This document shows, piece by piece, positions 10,691 through 20,887 of a DNA stretch of 64,000 nt; the first letter of the stretch is position 1; the number at the start of each line of letters is the position of its first letter. Source of the DNA: an uncultured Arcobacter sp. (GTDB taxonomy: Bacteria; Campylobacterota; Campylobacteria; Campylobacterales; Arcobacteraceae); assembly GCA_965140705.1 (NCBI GenBank), contig OZ223300.1:1983479-2047478 (forward strand), read 5' to 3'. The translations under genes and the position numbers were made by a program. Under the pieces are notes generated by a model. It was not told the DNA's origin. It saw only the letters and a program-made list of their open reading frames with translations, and made no database searches.

Positions 10691-10741
10691 TTTCCATAAA
10701 ATATATTTTTGTTATAATTAAACAAAAATATTGGATTTATA

Positions 10742-11554
10742 ATGAAGATACCAAAACTTATATATGGAACTGCTTGGAAAAAAGAAGAAACAGCAAGATT
10801 AGTTGAACTTGCTGTTAGAAGTGGATTTAGAGCTATAGATACAGCTTGCCAGCCTAGACACTATAATGAAAAAGGTGTAGGTGATGCTTTACAGATTCTT
10901 TATAAAGAAGGGTTCAAAAGAGAAGAGATATTTTTAGAGACAAAATTTACACCTAAAGATGGACAAGATTTAAATAATATACCTTATAATCCAAATGATC
11001 CTTTAGAAAAACAAGTTTTAGATTCCTTTGAAGTAAGTCTTAAAAATCTTCAAACTACTTATCTTGACTCTTATATTCTACACTCACCTATTTTTCCCTT
11101 TATTCATCTAATGAAAGTATGGAAGGGTTTTGAAAGCTTTTATGAAGAGGGAAGAACTAAAAATATTGGTATAAGTAATTGCTATGATATAAGAGTGTTA
11201 AAAGCCTTATATAAAGAAGCAAAAATAAAACCAACAATAGTTCAAAATAGATTTTACAAAGATAGTGACTATGACAAAGAAATAAGAGAATTTTGTAAAG
11301 AAAAGAGCATCACTTATCTTGGATTTTGGACACTTAGTGCAAATCCACATATTTTGGGTTCAAAAGAGTTAATTAACATAGCAAGAAAATACAAAAAAAC
11401 ACAAGCACAGATTTTTTATAGATTCCTCACACAAATAGGTGTTACTCCACTAAATGGAACAACCTCACAAGAACATATGAAAGAAGATTTGGATATTTTT
11501 TCTTTTGAATTAGAAGAAGATGATATAAAAGTTATATCATCTTTTATAGAATAA
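10742..11554 (+). CDS. Aldo/keto reductase
   Basis: GFRAIDTA, YLDSYILH, IGISN. Confidence 0.9.
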   Translation: MKIPKLIYGTAWKKEETARLVELAVRSGFRAIDTACQPRHYNEKGVGDALQILYKEGFKREEIFLETKFTPKDGQDLNNIPYNPNDPLEKQVLDSFEVSLKNLQTTYLDSYILHSPIFPFIHLMKVWKGFESFYEEGRTKNIGISNCYDIRVLKALYKEAKIKPTIVQNRFYKDSDYDKEIREFCKEKSITYLGFWTLSANPHILGSKELINIARKYKKTQAQIFYRFLTQIGVTPLNGTTSQEHMKEDLDIFSFELEEDDIKVISSFIE

Positions 11555-11560
11555 AGATAA

Positions 11561-13108
11561 TTATCTTGCGTAAGATTCTGCTCTTAACTCTCTAATAACA
11601 TTTACTTTTATTTCACCTGGATATTGAACTTTTTGTTCAATCTCTTCGGCGATTTCACTTGCTAATAATATTGCTTCATCGTCATTTACAAGTTCAGCTT
11701 TTACTATTACTCTTACTTCTCTTCCTGCATTTATTGCAAAGGCATTTATAACACCTTTTTTAGATGTCGAAATATTTTCTACTTCTTCTACTCTTTTTAG
11801 AAAGCTTTCAAGTACTTCTCTTCTAGCACCAGGTCTTGCTGCACTTAAAGCATCAGCAGCACAAACAGCAGCACTCTCTACATTTATAGGTTCTTCATGT
11901 CCGTGGTGAGCATAAATTGAGTTAATTACTGTTGCTGGTTCATCATATCTCCTACACATCTCTGCACCTAAATCCACATGAGACCCTGGTAAATCATGGG
12001 TCAAGGCTTTTCCAATATCATGTAAAAGCCCTGCTCGTCTTGCTAAAATAGCATCTCCACCCATTTGTGCAGCTAATAACCCTGCAAGATGTGCAACTTC
12101 AAGTGTATGTTTAAGTGCATTTTGTCCATATGAAGCTCTATATCTCAATCTTCCCACTAAAATAGTGAGTTCTGGATGCATAGATTTAATTCCTAACTCC
12201 ATTACAACATCTTCACCCTCTTTTAACATATTTTTGTCAAATTCGGTTTTCACCTTATTGTAAATCTCTTCTATTCGTGCTGGTTGAATTCTTCCATCTT
12301 CCAACAACTCTTCTATAGTTTTTGTAGCAATTGCCCGTCTATAAAGATTGAAAGAAGAGATTGTAATAGTGTTTGGAGTATCATCAATAATAATATCAAC
12401 TCCTAAAAGCATCTCTAATGCTTTTATATTTCTTCCCTCTTTACCAATAATTTTTCCTTTTGTTTCTTCATCATTTATTGGTATATTATTAATAAGTCTT
12501 TCAGCTGCAAATTCTCCTGCATATCTAGTTACTGCATGAGAAAGCATATTATTTATCTCTTTTTTTGAGTTCTCTTCTGCTATTTTATATTTTTTTCTAA
12601 ATAATGAAGCTATTTTTGCCCTAGAATCTTCTTCTACTTTTTCAAGCATCAATTCTCTTGCTTCTTCAAGCGTCAAACCAGATGCATTTTCCAAAATTTT
12701 TAAAGTCTTTAAAATATTTTCTTCATAAGTCTTACTTTGTCTTTGTAATCCTTCTTTTAATGATGCTATTTTTTTATTGTTTTCTACTATTTCTTCTTTT
12801 TCTTTTTTGATAGCTTGAAGTTCTGATTCTAGATGTTCATTTAACTCTTTTTCTTTTCTTTCAATTTTACAGAACATTTCATCATATTCTCTTTTTGCAC
12901 TTTTAAATTCCCTTTCATAATCCCTCTTTGCCTTTAATTGTGCATCTTTTAAGATAACTTCAGCCTCATGTTCAATAACATTTGCTTTTGCTTTTGCTTG
13001 CTCAATATAAATATCAATTTTTGCTTTATTTATCTTTTTAATCACGAAAAATGTAATTGCTGAAGCAAAAATAGCAACTACAAATCCTTCTATAAGTAAC
13101 ATATCCAT
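11561..13108 (-). CDS. rny: Ribonuclease Y
   Basis: N-terminal TM and coiled coil, KH (KGKIIGKEGRNI), HD (LHDIGK), SAARPGARRE. Confidence 0.97.
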   Translation of the reverse strand: MDMLLIEGFVVAIFASAITFFVIKKINKAKIDIYIEQAKAKANVIEHEAEVILKDAQLKAKRDYEREFKSAKREYDEMFCKIERKEKELNEHLESELQAIKKEKEEIVENNKKIASLKEGLQRQSKTYEENILKTLKILENASGLTLEEARELMLEKVEEDSRAKIASLFRKKYKIAEENSKKEINNMLSHAVTRYAGEFAAERLINNIPINDEETKGKIIGKEGRNIKALEMLLGVDIIIDDTPNTITISSFNLYRRAIATKTIEELLEDGRIQPARIEEIYNKVKTEFDKNMLKEGEDVVMELGIKSMHPELTILVGRLRYRASYGQNALKHTLEVAHLAGLLAAQMGGDAILARRAGLLHDIGKALTHDLPGSHVDLGAEMCRRYDEPATVINSIYAHHGHEEPINVESAAVCAADALSAARPGARREVLESFLKRVEEVENISTSKKGVINAFAINAGREVRVIVKAELVNDDEAILLASEIAEEIEQKVQYPGEIKVNVIRELRAESYAR

Positions 13109-13126
13109 ATTATGACCTTTTATCTT

Positions 13127-13663
13127 TTAACTAGAAATTATTATATCAGCTTGAATATCGTAGTTATTACTTAAAATTTTTGTAGTCTTACAAAGTTTTC
13201 TTTGAGTAAAAAGGATTGTTGGTTTGTAGTTTAGTTTATAAAAAAACCTATCATACATACCTTTTCCAAAACCAATTCTTTTATTTAGTCCATCAATCCC
13301 AACAACAGGGACTATTGCTAAATCTATTTTCACATTAGCAAAAGAATTATTAGGCTCTTTTATACCAAATTTTTTAGTTTTTAAAGGCAGTCTGTATTTG
13401 ACTACTTTAAAACTAAGCCCTTCCATATATGGTACAAAAACTTGAACTTTTTTTTCTTTTCTTAATCTTTTTATCAAAGGATATATATCCACTTCTAAGT
13501 CAAGTGGAATATATAATAACACATTCTTTTTTTTTAATTCACAAATAGTTTTATATATCTCATCTACTATTTTTTTATCTTTATAACACTTTGTAAATCT
13601 ACTAACAAATTTTAATTTTTTAATACACGATTTTCTAAAATCACTCTTGTGATTTTCTAACAT
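13127..13663 (-). CDS. 5-formyltetrahydrofolate cyclo-ligase
   Basis: IVPVVG, RIGFGKGMYDR. Confidence 0.9.
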   Translation of the reverse strand: MLENHKSDFRKSCIKKLKFVSRFTKCYKDKKIVDEIYKTICELKKKNVLLYIPLDLEVDIYPLIKRLRKEKKVQVFVPYMEGLSFKVVKYRLPLKTKKFGIKEPNNSFANVKIDLAIVPVVGIDGLNKRIGFGKGMYDRFFYKLNYKPTILFTQRKLCKTTKILSNNYDIQADIIISS

Positions 13664-13722
13664 ATTTAAGCCTTAGTTAGCTAAAATTCTTAGCTTCAAA
13701 TATTTTACCAAAAGGAATTAAA

Positions 13723-14265
13723 ATGCAGTTTAAAAAAATAGCATTTTTAACATTTTTTATAACAATATTTTTTGCAGCGTGTGGCTCAGATAATTCAAAA
13801 AATGATAAAAAAGTGCAAAACGTAGAAGTAAAAGATTTCAAACTTACTACTACAGATGCTCAAACACTCAACATAAAAAAGCTAGATGATGGTTTTGCTT
13901 TTCAAGAATATAAGGGGAAAGCAGTACTTGTGAACTTTTTTGCGACTTGGTGTTTACCTTGTAAAGCTGAAATTCCAAATTTGATTCATCTAAAAGATAA
14001 ATACAAAAATGACTTAGAAATAGTTTCTGTTTTAATGGAAGAGAATAAACCAAATAACCAAGTAAAAGATTTCGTAAATGAATACAATATTAATTATGTT
14101 GTAACAAATTCAAGACAAAATGCAACATTTGCAGATGCAGTTGGTGGAGTTAAAGCAATTCCAACTATGTTTTTATATGATAAAAAAGGCAAACTTATTC
14201 AAACTTATGTGGGAATAGTTCCAGAAGAGATGATAAATGTTGATATTCAAAAGGCAATAAAATAG
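13723..14265 (+). CDS. TlpA/ResA-like thiol-disulfide oxidoreductase lipoprotein
   Basis: Lipobox FAAC; NFFATWCLPC; IPT. Confidence 0.9.
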   Translation: MQFKKIAFLTFFITIFFAACGSDNSKNDKKVQNVEVKDFKLTTTDAQTLNIKKLDDGFAFQEYKGKAVLVNFFATWCLPCKAEIPNLIHLKDKYKNDLEIVSVLMEENKPNNQVKDFVNEYNINYVVTNSRQNATFADAVGGVKAIPTMFLYDKKGKLIQTYVGIVPEEMINVDIQKAIK

Positions 14266-15198
14266 ATGTTTAGTTTTTTAAAAAAGAATAAAAAGGAAGA
14301 AACAATTGAAGAAAAAGAAGAGAATAAAAGTTTCTTTTCTTCTGCCTTATCAAAAACATTTGATAATATAAAATCAGTAGTTCCTCAAAAAAAAGAGAAA
14401 ATCTCTTTTGAAGATATAGAAGAACTGCTTATTGAAGCTGATATGGATTATTCTATTATAGAAAAGGCTATGGATGGGCTTCCTGAGATGATAAACAGAA
14501 AGCAATTAAGACATAGACTTGTTATGCTTTTTGAACATGCACCTGATGTTAATATGGAAAATTTACCCTCTCCTTTTGTACAACTAATCATTGGAGTTAA
14601 TGGAGCTGGTAAAACTACCACTATTGCAAAACTTGCAAATCTATATAAAAAAGACAATAAATCGGTTATTTTAGGAGCTGGAGATACTTTTAGAGCAGCT
14701 GCTATTGAACAACTTTCTATTTGGGCTGATAAATTAGGTGTCCCAATTATAAAAACAAAACAAGGACATGATCCAAGTGCTGTTGCATATGATACTATCT
14801 CTTCAGCAGTTGCTAGAAATATTGATAATGTTATTATTGACACAGCAGGAAGATTACAAACACAAACAAATCTATCAAATGAATTGAAAAAGATAGTAAA
14901 AGTTTGTAGTAAAGCAAAAGAAGGAGCTCCTCACCAAAAGCTTATGATTCTTGATGGAACGCAAGGGAATACTGCAATTGAGCAAGCAAAAGCTTTCAAT
15001 GAAATGGTTGGAGTTGATGGTATTATTGTAACAAAGCTTGATGGGACAGCAAAAGGTGGAGCACTATTTTCTATCTCAAATAGATTAGAACTTCCAATTT
15101 TTTATATTGGGGTAGGAGAAACAATGAACGACCTAGTAGAATTCTCACCTGATAATTTTGTAGATTCCTTATTGGATGAAATATATATTTCAGAATAA
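14266..15198 (+). CDS. ftsY: SRP receptor FtsY
   Basis: GVNGAGKTTT, DTFRAAA, DTAGR, TKLDGTAKGG. Confidence 0.97.
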   Translation: MFSFLKKNKKEETIEEKEENKSFFSSALSKTFDNIKSVVPQKKEKISFEDIEELLIEADMDYSIIEKAMDGLPEMINRKQLRHRLVMLFEHAPDVNMENLPSPFVQLIIGVNGAGKTTTIAKLANLYKKDNKSVILGAGDTFRAAAIEQLSIWADKLGVPIIKTKQGHDPSAVAYDTISSAVARNIDNVIIDTAGRLQTQTNLSNELKKIVKVCSKAKEGAPHQKLMILDGTQGNTAIEQAKAFNEMVGVDGIIVTKLDGTAKGGALFSISNRLELPIFYIGVGETMNDLVEFSPDNFVDSLLDEIYISE

Positions 15199-15220
15199 AT
15201 CATAATAAAAAGGAAATACC

Positions 15221-16105
15221 TTGGATATTTTAAAACCAAAGTCAAACAAGTATTTCCTTTTTGTATCCTTGCTCGCTTTAGTTTTAATAGCTTTCACCTT
15301 TTATATTCTTCTAGATATCAATAATCAAAAAAAACTAATCTCAAAACTTGAAAACTCATTAGTAATAACAAAAAATCTACTAGAAGAAGAGAAAAGATAT
15401 GCTCTTTCTTTATCTATATTACTCTCACAGGATAAAGAGCTTATAAATGCATATAAAAACAATAATAGAGAAAAAGCTTTTTATATAATAAATAAAAAAA
15501 TAAGTGGACTTAAGAAACTTCAAAATAGTCTTTTTGAAGTACAAATTCACACAAAAGATTTAACTACCTATCTTAGAAGTTGGGATTTTTCAAAAAAAGA
15601 TATTCCATTATCATATTTTAGAGAAGGATTAGTAAAAGTAAAAAAAGAAAAAAAACCTTTAGTTTCTATAGAATTAGGTAAAAGAGTAAATATCAAAGCC
15701 ATTTCTCCTATACTTAAAAATGATAAATTTATAGGTTCTATTGAAGTTATTATTGGTTTTAATCATTTGGAAAAAGAGTTAAAAGATAAAGGTTATAACC
15801 TAGACATATTACTCAATAAAAAATATCTAAATATAGCTACAACACTAAAAAATAACCCGATAATTGATAACTTTGTCTTAGTAAATAAAAAAACATTTGA
15901 TACAAGTTTTGATTTAACTAAGCTTAAAGATTATGGATACTTTACAAACACTACTAATGCTTTTAGTTATTTTTCATATTATTCTTTTAATAGAAAAAAA
16001 CTTGGATATTTTATTATTTCATTAAAAAATAGTTCAAAACTTCAATTAAATAGTAATTATAAAAACAAGTATATAAAGACAAATAGTAAGGTAATAATTC
16101 AGTGA
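15221..16105 (+). CDS. Membrane-anchored Cache-domain protein with no output domain
   Basis: Single N-terminal TM; YLRSW...SIELG...KAISPI...IGSIEV pattern resembles dCache sensors. Confidence 0.65.
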   Translation: MDILKPKSNKYFLFVSLLALVLIAFTFYILLDINNQKKLISKLENSLVITKNLLEEEKRYALSLSILLSQDKELINAYKNNNREKAFYIINKKISGLKKLQNSLFEVQIHTKDLTTYLRSWDFSKKDIPLSYFREGLVKVKKEKKPLVSIELGKRVNIKAISPILKNDKFIGSIEVIIGFNHLEKELKDKGYNLDILLNKKYLNIATTLKNNPIIDNFVLVNKKTFDTSFDLTKLKDYGYFTNTTNAFSYFSYYSFNRKKLGYFIISLKNSSKLQLNSNYKNKYIKTNSKVIIQ

Positions 16106-16764
16106 ATATACTTTTATTGGAAGATGATTTTGATTATAGAATAAGCGTTAAAGAATATTTAGAATCACTTGATTACAAAGTAGATGATTTTGAAAATGGA
16201 GAAGAAGCACTAAATGAGATTTATGAAAAAACCTATCACCTTTTGATTTTAGATATTAAGGTTCCTAATTTAAATGGCTATGATTTAGTTAGAACTTTAA
16301 AAAAAGATGATAAAAATATTCCAGTTATTTTCATCACTTCATTAACTGACATAAACAATCTAAGTATGGGTTATGAACTTGGTTGTAATGATTATATAAA
16401 AAAACCTTTTTCATTAAAAGAGTTAAAATATAGAGTTGAACAAGTAATAAAATCTACTTATTTTAATACAAATGAAAATATTATAAAACTTGCAGAAGAC
16501 TTTTCTTACAACACCAATAAATTAGAACTTCTAAAAAATACAGAAATTATAAATTTAACAAAAAAAGAGCAAGATGTGATTTTTTCTCTTTTAAGACATA
16601 ATGGTAGATTTGTAAATTTTGATACCCTAAGAGAAGAAGTTTGGGATAATAAATATATAAATGAATCTGATGTTCGAGTATGTATAAAAAACATACGAGC
16701 AAAAACCTCTAAAACTTTTATTATAAATCAAAGAGGACTAGGATATAAGATTGATAGGGATTAA
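16102..16764 (+). CDS. OmpR-family response regulator
   Basis: LLED, LDIKVP, KKPF, RGLGY. Confidence 0.92.
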   Translation: MNILLLEDDFDYRISVKEYLESLDYKVDDFENGEEALNEIYEKTYHLLILDIKVPNLNGYDLVRTLKKDDKNIPVIFITSLTDINNLSMGYELGCNDYIKKPFSLKELKYRVEQVIKSTYFNTNENIIKLAEDFSYNTNKLELLKNTEIINLTKKEQDVIFSLLRHNGRFVNFDTLREEVWDNKYINESDVRVCIKNIRAKTSKTFIINQRGLGYKIDRD

Positions 16765-17902
16765 TACAAAAAGTTATATATTTAAATTAGCTCTTAGCTA
16801 CTCATTTCTAATCATTATTCTTATTTGTATTCCTGCATATTTTTATACTCAAAGTGAACTTGAAAGTTATGAATTTAATCAAAATAAACTTTTAGATATA
16901 CATACTTCAAGTATCCAAAGAAGTATAAGTGACTTTTCTGATTCTAAAAGCAATATTTTTAACTTCCCAAAGTCTTTTAGTTTTGATAGCTATTTATTTA
17001 AAAATAATAATCAACTAATCTACTCTACAACAAATAAACCCTTTGATATAAATAAGACACAGCAACTTATAAAAAAAGTATCCTTGAGTCCAAATAGACT
17101 AAATGCAGACTATCTTGTAGTTACAAAAGCATTTGATTATGAAGAAATATATATAAAAATAGCACTTTTGACTCTTATTCTTAGTGTATTTGTTTTTATC
17201 TCTTTATTCCTCATTTTAAAACAAAGCATTACTCCATATAAAAAAGCAAATGATTATCTTGATGCTTTTTTTAATGATGCAATGCATGAACTAAAAACAC
17301 CCCTTGGAGTAATACAATTAAACCTTGAAATGCTTCAAGAAAAACAAAAAGATTCCAAAGAGATATCTCGTTGCTTAAATGGACTAAAAAACCTACTTTT
17401 TATATATGAAGATATAGAATATCTAATAAAAAATAAAAGAATTACCTTTATAAAAGAAGAGTTAGATTTGTCTTTATTTTTAAAGCAAAGAGTTGAATTA
17501 TTTGAAAGTTTAGCAAAATCAAAAAATATCATTTTTGATTTAAATATAGAAGATGATTTATTTCTCTTTATAAACCGTGCACAAATACAAAGAGTAATAG
17601 ATAATACAATTTCAAATGCAATCAAATACTCAAAAGAAAATCAAAAAATCATTATAAAACTAAAAAAAGAAGAACAAATCATGCTATCTATCCAAGACTT
17701 TGGTAAAGGGATAAAAAATACTTCAACAATATTTAATAGATACTATAGGGAAGATACTGTAAAAGGTGGTTTTGGTATTGGATTAAATATTGTTAAAAAT
17801 ATCTGTCAAGAAAATAATATAAAAATAAAAGTCATATCAAAACTTAATAAAGGTAGCAGCTTTAGCTATTTTTTTCAATTATTAATCTTTGTTTTATCTT
17901 AA
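16751..17902 (+). CDS. Sensor histidine kinase
   Basis: Two TM, HELKTPL, DNTISNAIKYS, DFGKGI, GFGIGL. Confidence 0.92.
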   Translation: MIGINTKSYIFKLALSYSFLIIILICIPAYFYTQSELESYEFNQNKLLDIHTSSIQRSISDFSDSKSNIFNFPKSFSFDSYLFKNNNQLIYSTTNKPFDINKTQQLIKKVSLSPNRLNADYLVVTKAFDYEEIYIKIALLTLILSVFVFISLFLILKQSITPYKKANDYLDAFFNDAMHELKTPLGVIQLNLEMLQEKQKDSKEISRCLNGLKNLLFIYEDIEYLIKNKRITFIKEELDLSLFLKQRVELFESLAKSKNIIFDLNIEDDLFLFINRAQIQRVIDNTISNAIKYSKENQKIIIKLKKEEQIMLSIQDFGKGIKNTSTIFNRYYREDTVKGGFGIGLNIVKNICQENNIKIKVISKLNKGSSFSYFFQLLIFVLS

Positions 17903-17974
17903 AATATATATTGAAAAACAAACTTTATACTTACATTCAATTGTTATAATATTGATAAACAATAAGGAGTCAGT

Positions 17975-18898
17975 ATGAAAAAATTACTTTTATTAATTGC
18001 ATTTAGCTTGATAGCTTTTGCACAAACACCAGAGGTACCAAAGGAATATCCAAGTGGAGAACTAGGTAGAATGGTAAAATTAGGTGAAGCTATTATGAAT
18101 GAAACTAATACACACCCTCTAACTAAAGATTTAGTAGGAAACAGCCTACAATGTAAAAGCTGTCACCTTCCCGGAAAAGATGGGAAACCTGGAACTATAA
18201 CTACCGTAGGTACATTTAGAGGAACAGCTGCTTCTTTTCCTGCATTTTCAAAAAGAGAAAAAACAGTACAAACTTTACAAGACAGAATCAATAACTGTTA
18301 TATGAGAAGTATGGATGGTAAAAGACCAATTATTGATACAGAAGCTTCTGTTGCTATGGCTGCTTATATAACATGGCTTTCTACTGGCTTCCCAATACAA
18401 ATGGAAGAACATAGACCATGTAGTGTACTTACAAGTAAAAGATGGGCAGCAAATCAAAAAAAATTTGGAGCTATTCAAAAAAAAGCTACTCATAAAAACT
18501 ATTTAGCTGGTAAAAAAATATTTGAAGCAAAATGTGCTTCATGTCACGGTATGAATGGTGAAGGTACTGGAAATTTCCCTCCATTATGGGGACAAGATAA
18601 AAATGGGAAATGGTTATCTTATAATACAGGTGCTGGTATGAGTAAACTTAACAAAGCTCCAGCTTGGATTCAAGAAAATATGCCATTTGGTCAAGGTGGA
18701 ACATTAAGTGATCAAGAAGCTGCAGATGTAGCACTTTATGTTGACGCACAACCAAGAGCTAGTTTCAGTTTAAAAGACCATTTACTTCCAAAAGAAGAAA
18801 TGGGGCATTATAATTCAAAAGTACATGAAGAAAAACACTCTGTTGAATCAAATTTCAAAGACTTTGGACTTGATTTAGCAAAAATCAAAGGGGAGTAA
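17975..18898 (+). CDS. tsdA: Diheme cytochrome c thiosulfate dehydrogenase/tetrathionate reductase
   Basis: Signal peptide, CKSCH and CASCH, catalytic RINNCYMRSMDG, FPPLWG, NTGAGM, NMP. Confidence 0.85.
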   Translation: MKKLLLLIAFSLIAFAQTPEVPKEYPSGELGRMVKLGEAIMNETNTHPLTKDLVGNSLQCKSCHLPGKDGKPGTITTVGTFRGTAASFPAFSKREKTVQTLQDRINNCYMRSMDGKRPIIDTEASVAMAAYITWLSTGFPIQMEEHRPCSVLTSKRWAANQKKFGAIQKKATHKNYLAGKKIFEAKCASCHGMNGEGTGNFPPLWGQDKNGKWLSYNTGAGMSKLNKAPAWIQENMPFGQGGTLSDQEAADVALYVDAQPRASFSLKDHLLPKEEMGHYNSKVHEEKHSVESNFKDFGLDLAKIKGE

Positions 18899-18907
18899 TA
18901 TCTCCAC

Positions 18908-18934
18908 TAGACACAAAGTTTTTCTTTGTGTCTA
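18908..18934 (+). terminator. Terminator-like hairpin after tsdA
   Basis: TAGACACAAAG-ttttt-CTTTGTGTCTA perfect stem. Confidence 0.65.
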
Positions 18935-19027
18935 TCCTCTTATAATTTTCCCTCAACTTTTCCCTATTTTAAATCTATATATTAACTCTTAATTCTTACA
19001 TTTTTTCTAAAATATTTATTTTAATGC

Positions 19028-19054
19028 AATTTACTTTGTATTACAAAGTAAATT
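19028..19054. promoter_or_regulatory. Probable PadR operator
   Basis: Perfect inverted repeat AATTTACTTTGTA-T-TACAAAGTAAATT next to TATGAT, upstream of the padR gene. Confidence 0.65.
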
Positions 19055-19086
19055 ATGATACAATTATACTTGCATAAGGAGAAAAC

Positions 19087-19428
19087 ATGGAAGATGATTA
19101 TAAAAAGTGGTTAACTCAGTTTAGAAAAGGTTATATAGAACTCTGCACTCTTATGGCTTTAAAAACAAAAGGAAGCATGCATGGAATAGCACTTATTCGT
19201 TTTTTTGAAGATATGGATTTACAAGTAAATGAAGGAACACTCTATCCTTTATTAAATAGAATGGAACAAAACGGATGGTTAGAATCCACTTGGAATATGC
19301 CAACAACTAGTGGACATCCCAAAAGAGAATACATAATAAGTAAAAAAGGTGAAATAATTCTACCAAAATTAGTAGAGACTTATGATTTACATCATGAAAG
19401 CATAAAAAAAATAAAGGAGATAAAATAA
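19087..19428 (+). CDS. PadR family transcriptional regulator
   Basis: QFRKG, EGTLYPLLNRME, KREY. Confidence 0.9.
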   Translation: MEDDYKKWLTQFRKGYIELCTLMALKTKGSMHGIALIRFFEDMDLQVNEGTLYPLLNRMEQNGWLESTWNMPTTSGHPKREYIISKKGEIILPKLVETYDLHHESIKKIKEIK

Positions 19429-20192
19429 TGAATACTCAAGATTACATAAAAGAATTAAGAAAACAATTATCAGGACTTGATAATGACAAAACAAAAAATA
19501 TAATAAAAGAGATTGAAAGTTATATTGAAGAAAGCAATGCAACATATGAAATTATAGTTGAACGATTTGGTACTCCAGCACAATTAGCAGAAGGTTATTT
19601 AGAAGATATGCCAACAACAAATAAAAGAGATAAAAATCGAAGCATAATAAAAAGAACTCTTCTAATTATGTTAGTCTTTTTTTTACTAGCCATAGCAATC
19701 ATACTATTTGTATTTTATAAAATGACTCAAGATCCTTTTGATTATAGTAAATACACAGCAACAAGCGTTGAACAAAAACTAAAATCTCCATGGGTAACTA
19801 TTGATAATACTATTAATAAAATCAATATAAATCAATCACAATCAGTAATTTATTGGAGCAATGATAATAAAGTACAAATAAGTTGTAAAAGTAATAACTA
19901 TAAACAAGAAGAAAATACTTTGTTTATAAAACAATCAAGATGTATTATAAAAGTGCCAAAACAAAATCTTGATTTGAAAATATTACAAGCAAAAGTAGTA
20001 TTAGTTACTCCTACAAAAGAGCTTAATATTAATGCAGAACAATCACATATTTCAATTGTAGAAAAAAACAATCAATATAATTATTCTATTATAAAAAAAC
20101 AAAGTGATATAAATAATCTTAAATCAAAAGAAAGTGGAATATTGATAAAAGGAACTCTTTATCAAAGTGACTTTGATTTATACAAATATTAA
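19428..20192 (+). CDS. HAAS/DUF1700-like membrane protein
   Basis: YIKELRKQL...FGTPAQLA N-terminus, one TM; TAATG coupling to padR. Confidence 0.7.
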   Translation: MNTQDYIKELRKQLSGLDNDKTKNIIKEIESYIEESNATYEIIVERFGTPAQLAEGYLEDMPTTNKRDKNRSIIKRTLLIMLVFFLLAIAIILFVFYKMTQDPFDYSKYTATSVEQKLKSPWVTIDNTINKININQSQSVIYWSNDNKVQISCKSNNYKQEENTLFIKQSRCIIKVPKQNLDLKILQAKVVLVTPTKELNINAEQSHISIVEKNNQYNYSIIKKQSDINNLKSKESGILIKGTLYQSDFDLYKY

Positions 20193-20200
20193 TATAAACA

Positions 20201-20231
20201 TATATTCAAGTAATCATTTTACTTGAATATA
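20201..20231. terminator. Bidirectional terminator hairpin
   Basis: TATATTCAAGTAA-tcatt-TTACTTGAATATA between convergent genes. Confidence 0.7.
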
Positions 20232-20246
20232 CTATTTTTAAACTTC

Positions 20247-20876
20247 TTACTTATTGGCATCAAAAAGAAGTTTTAATCCTACTACTGAAAAAGTAACTCC
20301 TACAAGAGTATCAATATATTTTTTAAAGTTAAAATACTTATTAACAACTTTTTCATTGGAAAACATAAAAGCATAACCAACAAATACAACTATCCCAAAA
20401 GGCAAACAAAGTAATACAGGGAAATATATTGACATACTGTTTTGTTCATTTGGTAGGGCTATTGCAATTATTGCAATCCACACTGCAATTGCTTTTGGAT
20501 TTAATAAATGCATCATTATGCCTGAGAAAAAATATTTTTTATGAGAATTCTTAGACTCTTTTATTTCAATTTTCTTATACTCTTTTTTTAAAAGCATTTT
20601 AAAAGAGTTATATGCCAGATAAAGAAAATACAAACCACCTAAAATTTTTAAAATATATAAAATATCAGAATATTTATTGAGAAGTGGTTGTAAACCAGAA
20701 GCTGCACAAATTCCCCAAAAAAAAGAGCCAAGAGTTACTCCAAGAGCAAAATAAACCCCTGCTTTTCTTCCTGCATATATTGAAGTTTGAGCAATAGCAA
20801 GATTGCTAGGTCCAGGACTTGCAATACCCAAAATATAAATAAACAGTGCAATTATAATATTAGAAAAAATTTCCAT
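20247..20876 (-). CDS. LysE/RhtB family exporter
   Basis: SPGPSN, GGLYFLYL, NPKA. Confidence 0.9.
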   Translation of the reverse strand: MEIFSNIIIALFIYILGIASPGPSNLAIAQTSIYAGRKAGVYFALGVTLGSFFWGICAASGLQPLLNKYSDILYILKILGGLYFLYLAYNSFKMLLKKEYKKIEIKESKNSHKKYFFSGIMMHLLNPKAIAVWIAIIAIALPNEQNSMSIYFPVLLCLPFGIVVFVGYAFMFSNEKVVNKYFNFKKYIDTLVGVTFSVVGLKLLFDANK

Positions 20877-20887
20877 ATAAATATCTC

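Noticed and set aside
13664..13722. 6S RNA, often upstream of 5-formyl-THF cyclo-ligase
   Set aside because: Only 59 bp before the divergent gene; no room
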